A stretch of 64,000 bases of DNA from the human T2T-CHM13v2.0 reference genome, Homo sapiens. The translations under genes were made by a program, and so were the position numbers. The number at the start of each line of letters is the position of its first letter. Within the stretch, counting starts at the first letter, position 1. The DNA lies in NCBI RefSeq assembly GCF_009914755.1, contig NC_060925.1; one strand, written 5' to 3'. Below the pieces are notes generated by a model. That model was not told the origin of the DNA and made no database searches. It saw only the letters and a list, made by a program, of their open reading frames with translations. Of this stretch, positions 58,706-64,000 are shown piece by piece.

Positions 58706-61156
58706 TAATTAACATGAACTGTAAAAAATGTATTTCACAAGGATTTGTTTGAAGTCATTGAAGGGAATCTCTCCATTTTTGACAGTTGCTTCCTCTAAGA
58801 GTGTCTCATTCATATAAACTTAAAGAAACTTTACAGTTTACTGTAAATGATTTTACGTATTATATTCTTTGAGCACTGTGCATTAATAGGGAAATAAAAA
58901 GTCTTCATTCTCCATATCTCTAGCACTGAGGCTTGCTTCTGAATTTACAGATCAAGAGAAAAGAATGTTAAGAATGACCCACAGGTTATTTATGAAGTCA
59001 AGGTTATACTTAGCTCTCAGATTATCTTGTAGATATCCAGGCCTTTATCAGTGTTGTTTTGGTTTTAATGTTAATTTTTTCTGCTTTTCTATTGACCCTG
59101 GATTAAGGTAGTGTGTTAGTAGTTCTGTTTTTGGGAACACTGTTTTTCTTTGATTTCTACTAAACTTAGTGACTGAATTTAGAAAATGAAAAATTATACC
59201 AAATAAATACCATAGCAGCAATAAAAAATTGAATTGCCAACATGTTTTTATAGTTTTTCTATATTTTATGTGATCACAAGGATATATTTTCTTTTGTGGG
59301 AGTTAAAATAAATTTTTAAAGTATACTGCATTTCATACTCATGGAAAACTATTTCTATTATTAGTGCTATCATATCTTATTGTAAGTTCTGTCCTCTTTC
59401 AGAGAACCTAGTTTTAATCTTAAAATCCTAGTTTACAAAGGAGTGAGATTCTATTTGAAATATTTCACATTTTATATGCTCAATATATTGCTGTTTATAA
59501 GATACCCTAAAGTATCTGTCAACTGAAAAATATAATGAAAGATTAATTTACCACTCATAGTCAAGAGCATGATGATGGGTTTGAATACTGGTTTCACCAC
59601 TTACCAGCAGTGTTTTTTCATTCAAATTACTTAATGACTCTTAAAGATTCAGTTTCTTATCTATAAAATAGGGTTATGATTATCTAAAATTATTGTAAGA
59701 ATTTTAAAAAAATCTATCAGTCAATCATGATGTGACCTGGCTCATGTTAATAGCACTAATTAAATGATAGCTGTATTAAACAATCAAGATAGTCTATGAG
59801 GCCACTTTAATTTTTAAAAGAATTACAGTAAGAATGACTCTAGGGATAAAGACTGAAAGAAGACAGGCAAAAATCCTGAAGAGGATAGCTTGCAGCTCAG
59901 GGGAACTGCCTTTTCTTAACTATGAAAGGGTATGTTTCTTTCTTTAGTCATATTTGGGAAATGTTTACTTTGCCATGGCACTTTTTTTGTAGATATGAAG
60001 CAAGAATTTCCCATGTTTATACTTAGAGATTAATCAAACATCTTCTCTTTACCTGTACACAGTAATCTTGAGCATTCTTAGTATATATTTTAGGCAAGTA
60101 AGACTTAGTTCTATTTCTTTCCATACCCAGAGGGAGTTCCTTAGAATGTCATTACCACTTAATTTATGCAGATGAGGTTAGCAAGCTTAGCACAATTTGA
60201 AAATCAAACTGATAATTTCCAAAATCAAACTGATAATTTCCAAAACCCAGGGTTGAGAGCTAGATTCTATAATTAAGCTTGTACATTTATGGCCTTCCAT
60301 TTATATAAATGAGCTAATGTCTTATTTTTCTACATTTAAGTAGTAGAACATGATACGGAGGTCATAATTGAAAATTAAATTTAAGTGCCCAGTTTCTAGT
60401 AATGTTTTTAATGGATATTAGACACTTTGAGAAAGTCATAACTATTTAGCAGCTTCTATGCAGGCTAATTATAACACTTAATACCAAGCCTGCTTTATAG
60501 CTGAGGAAACTTAGGTGCTAAGCAAAGGGTTTTGTATATTCTAGAGCTAAGGAGTTTTGTTTTTTGAAACACAGTACTATAACATTAATGAGAAAGGAGG
60601 ATTTGAGGGAGGGTGGGTCCTAGAGAATACAGAAACTGTAATCTTTCTATAGATCTTTATCATCTTCATAATACTTAGATGATTTATATGTTTTAGGGAT
60701 TCTTTTAGCATTTAGATCTGTCACAAAGTTGGTTCCCAATAGCCTCATTGACCCAAGGAAACCCAGATGCTGAACTAGACTAGCAGAATCTTTTAGAAGA
60801 GAGATAATCAGTGACAACAAACAGCCTGGAACTGATCCCACTTCATGCATATACTCTTGAATTCATACTTTCATGGTTAAATCCAGATTTGAAACCACTC
60901 TGGGATCACATTTAGTTCCCTGCTTTTTAAAAATTAAATATTATTTAATATTCTGTACACTCATTTGAGTATTTAGCCTATGTTGGTCCTACATGGTATT
61001 TTGTTTTGTAAGATATAGTAGTAAACTTCCTGAAGAGTAACAGAAGAACGATAAAATTCTTATCCTTCAAGAAACTTAATTATTTATGAATAAGAGAGAA
61101 TACCGAAGCCATTTATAGGAACATAGAAAACATTTAATATATGAAAGTAAATACAA

Positions 61157-61191
61157 TTATATATATATGTGTGTGTGTGTATATATATATA
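61157..61191. repeat. (TA)n(TG)n(TA)n compound microsatellite
   Basis: Seen directly. Confidence 0.9.
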
Positions 61192-62162
61192 AAAGATGTG
61201 TATACTGAGGTAATTAGAAAGTGATTAGAGTAACAATTACATTAATTTTCCTTTGAGATTTGCATTATTTTCTAGCTCTTTACCAAAAATTTGTAAATGG
61301 TGTAAATATTTCCTCTGACTTTTATCTAAATCGGTTATTATAATTCTTAACTTTTTTGGCACCATCCTGATTTAATCTTGAACAACTGTAAAAAAGTATA
61401 CTTTTAATATTTCTGCACCTTTCTAAGGGCTCTTCATCATTGACACTCCTGCCAGTTTATCTTACTTCTCAATTTAGCTGACTTTTATTCTAAAGAGAGA
61501 AAGTTTAAGAGATTTTGCTTCTTAAGAACATGAAAAGAATCACTTACCAGCTTGTAATTAGTCCTATGATTTTGGAGAGTTTCTGTTTCCCAAGAGACTA
61601 AGGGTTGTGAAGCTCTGTTGTAACAATCATACCATTTGGTTCCTAGAGTCCAAGGATACATTGCACACATGGATGAAATGCCCACCTAAAAGGATGTATG
61701 TCTTAAAGTTCCCTCCATGCTGCCATTTGCAAAGCCCAGTCAATATTAGTTTAGCTGGGGTAGAGAAGTGGTCCTAAAATTAAATATTATACAAGTGTAT
61801 ACTTAATTTGATCTGTACTTTATATGAAGAACTATATAGTGGACCTCATCAGTTTTTGTTCCAAATTTAATTTTTAAAAGGAAACTTTAAAAGGCTTTAT
61901 AGCTAAGTCATTTCTGACAAATTTACTGAAAATATCAGAACAGTTCCTTGCAATACAGAGTAATGATTTTTAAAAAAATATTTACATTCTTATAATTTGG
62001 TTAAATAAATGACCCAGGTTTTCACTTTTGGGCTGAGATCAAGCATGAGAAGGAAATGTCTTAGAAAATGAAGACCTTAACAACTAACATAGATATTTTT
62101 AAATGGAATGCTCTTCTCATTAACTACAGCAAGTCTATGTAAATGTAACTGGGAGTCTATAG

Positions 62163-62375
62163 CAGAGCAGCAGACTTACTCCTAAAGAGCCATATAGTAA
62201 ATATTTTGGCTTTGTTGGCCAGGAGACAAAATGGAGACCATTATGGTAGGTACTTATATGACCATTTAAAATATTAACATTTAAAAATGTAAAAACTATT
62301 CTTAGCCTAAGGTTCATTTCAAAAATCGGCATTTGGCGGAGATCTAGCCCAAGAGCCATAGCTTGCAAATACCTG
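62163..62375. mobile_element. MER58-family (hAT-Charlie) element
   Basis: CAG...CTG ends; taaagagccatatagtaaatattttggcttt and gagccatagcttgcaaatacctg; 8-bp TSD (g/c)tctatag. Confidence 0.75.
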
Positions 62376-62632
62376 CTCTATAGTAATCAGTGTTATAGAG
62401 AGAAATCAAACTATAGTCTGTGGTAAAATGCCTCTACTGGCAAAAATCCAGACTTTGAAACAATGAAATAATATGAATCTCCACATATTTGGGTTCCCTT
62501 TAACTTTGCGTAAGGCAAGAACATGGAACAGTAAATGGGAAATAAATTGAAAAAAGACAGAAAGAAATGTTTGTTCTCTAATCATGGTGTTTAAAAAAAT
62601 AAAATTAGTCCTAATGTCAAAAATAAGTCTGA

Positions 62633-63027
<395 letters not shown>

Positions 63028-63101
63028 ATATACTGGGTTAAGAAACGTAAATATATGCCCTTGGAATGAAAAGAGTGTGGTTGAGATCTCTGTTTAGATA
63101 A

Positions 63102-63477
<376 letters not shown>

Positions 63478-64000
63478 TGATTGGTAGCTCTTACTGTTTC
63501 TAAACTCAAGAGAAAACCTAAATTACTCTCTGAAAAAAAAAAACAAGCATCTAAGAAAGCTTCCTGAATAAGTCCTCACATAGTCTTGAATAGTTTTTAA
63601 TTATAGCCTCAGTTAGGATGATCTAACAATTTTTTCCCTAAAGAGTGATTTATCCTATATTGCCCTTTAATAACTTTTAAAGTGTTATTTTCATAGAAAT
63701 TTGGTTCCATATACCTACTCTGGACCATGGAGCATAGCCCTCACTTTTAAAGCCAAAATTCCTTGTACTGTAAATTTGGCAGCATTTATTCAGTCATCAT
63801 TGTAACCATGATTTCCTTATTTCTCATTATTGCAGTTTACTCTTTATTAAAGAAAATTGCAGAGAGAAAAGATGTACTCAAAGAGAAAGAACTGGACTCC
63901 TAGGGAGTTAAAAGCCCTGTTATTCTTTGCTCATTTGTTATATAGTCTTGTGGTTAGGCCAAGTGAATTAGCTTAGGGCTTAATTATTTATTTTCCAAAG

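Noticed and set aside
60161-60185. Possible 5-nt microexon (tttatgcag|ATGAG|gttagc)
   Set aside because: Frame-shifting length, weak splice signals, and cagatgagg resembles a MIR core remnant

Overview
Human genomic DNA (Alu-rich, and it carries an AluYb8-lineage element) covering the middle of the DCAF6 gene (IQWD1/NRIP, a CUL4-DDB1 substrate receptor) on the + strand. Twelve coding exons can be spliced by hand with GT-AG boundaries into one continuous frame (957-1070 through 58365-58692; exons ~5-16 of the long isoform, numbering from memory). They include two symmetric phase-1 cassettes of 171 and 60 nt. Intron 7 holds a near-full-length Tigger1 DNA transposon nested in an old L1, and this Tigger1 contains the MIR1255B2 hairpin. 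The rest is intron with about 22 Alus plus L2, MIR, MLT1, MER1B, MER2, MER58 and MER5A relics and simple repeats. Almost all ORFs in the supplied track are Alu, low-complexity or chance ORFs. I see no new protein-coding system. The most notable unexplained signals are (i) four near-perfect short-loop inverted duplications within ~9 kb that look like replication template-switch products, one being the known miRNA and another a fully pairable 21-bp stem that broke the Tigger1 terminal repeat; (ii) a GC-rich 123-nt exon-like segment with stops in all frames between the two cassette exons (poison or decayed exon); (iii) a MER2 transposon occupying the branch-point zone of a coding exon. Repeat family names and boundaries come from recalled consensus sequences and are approximate.
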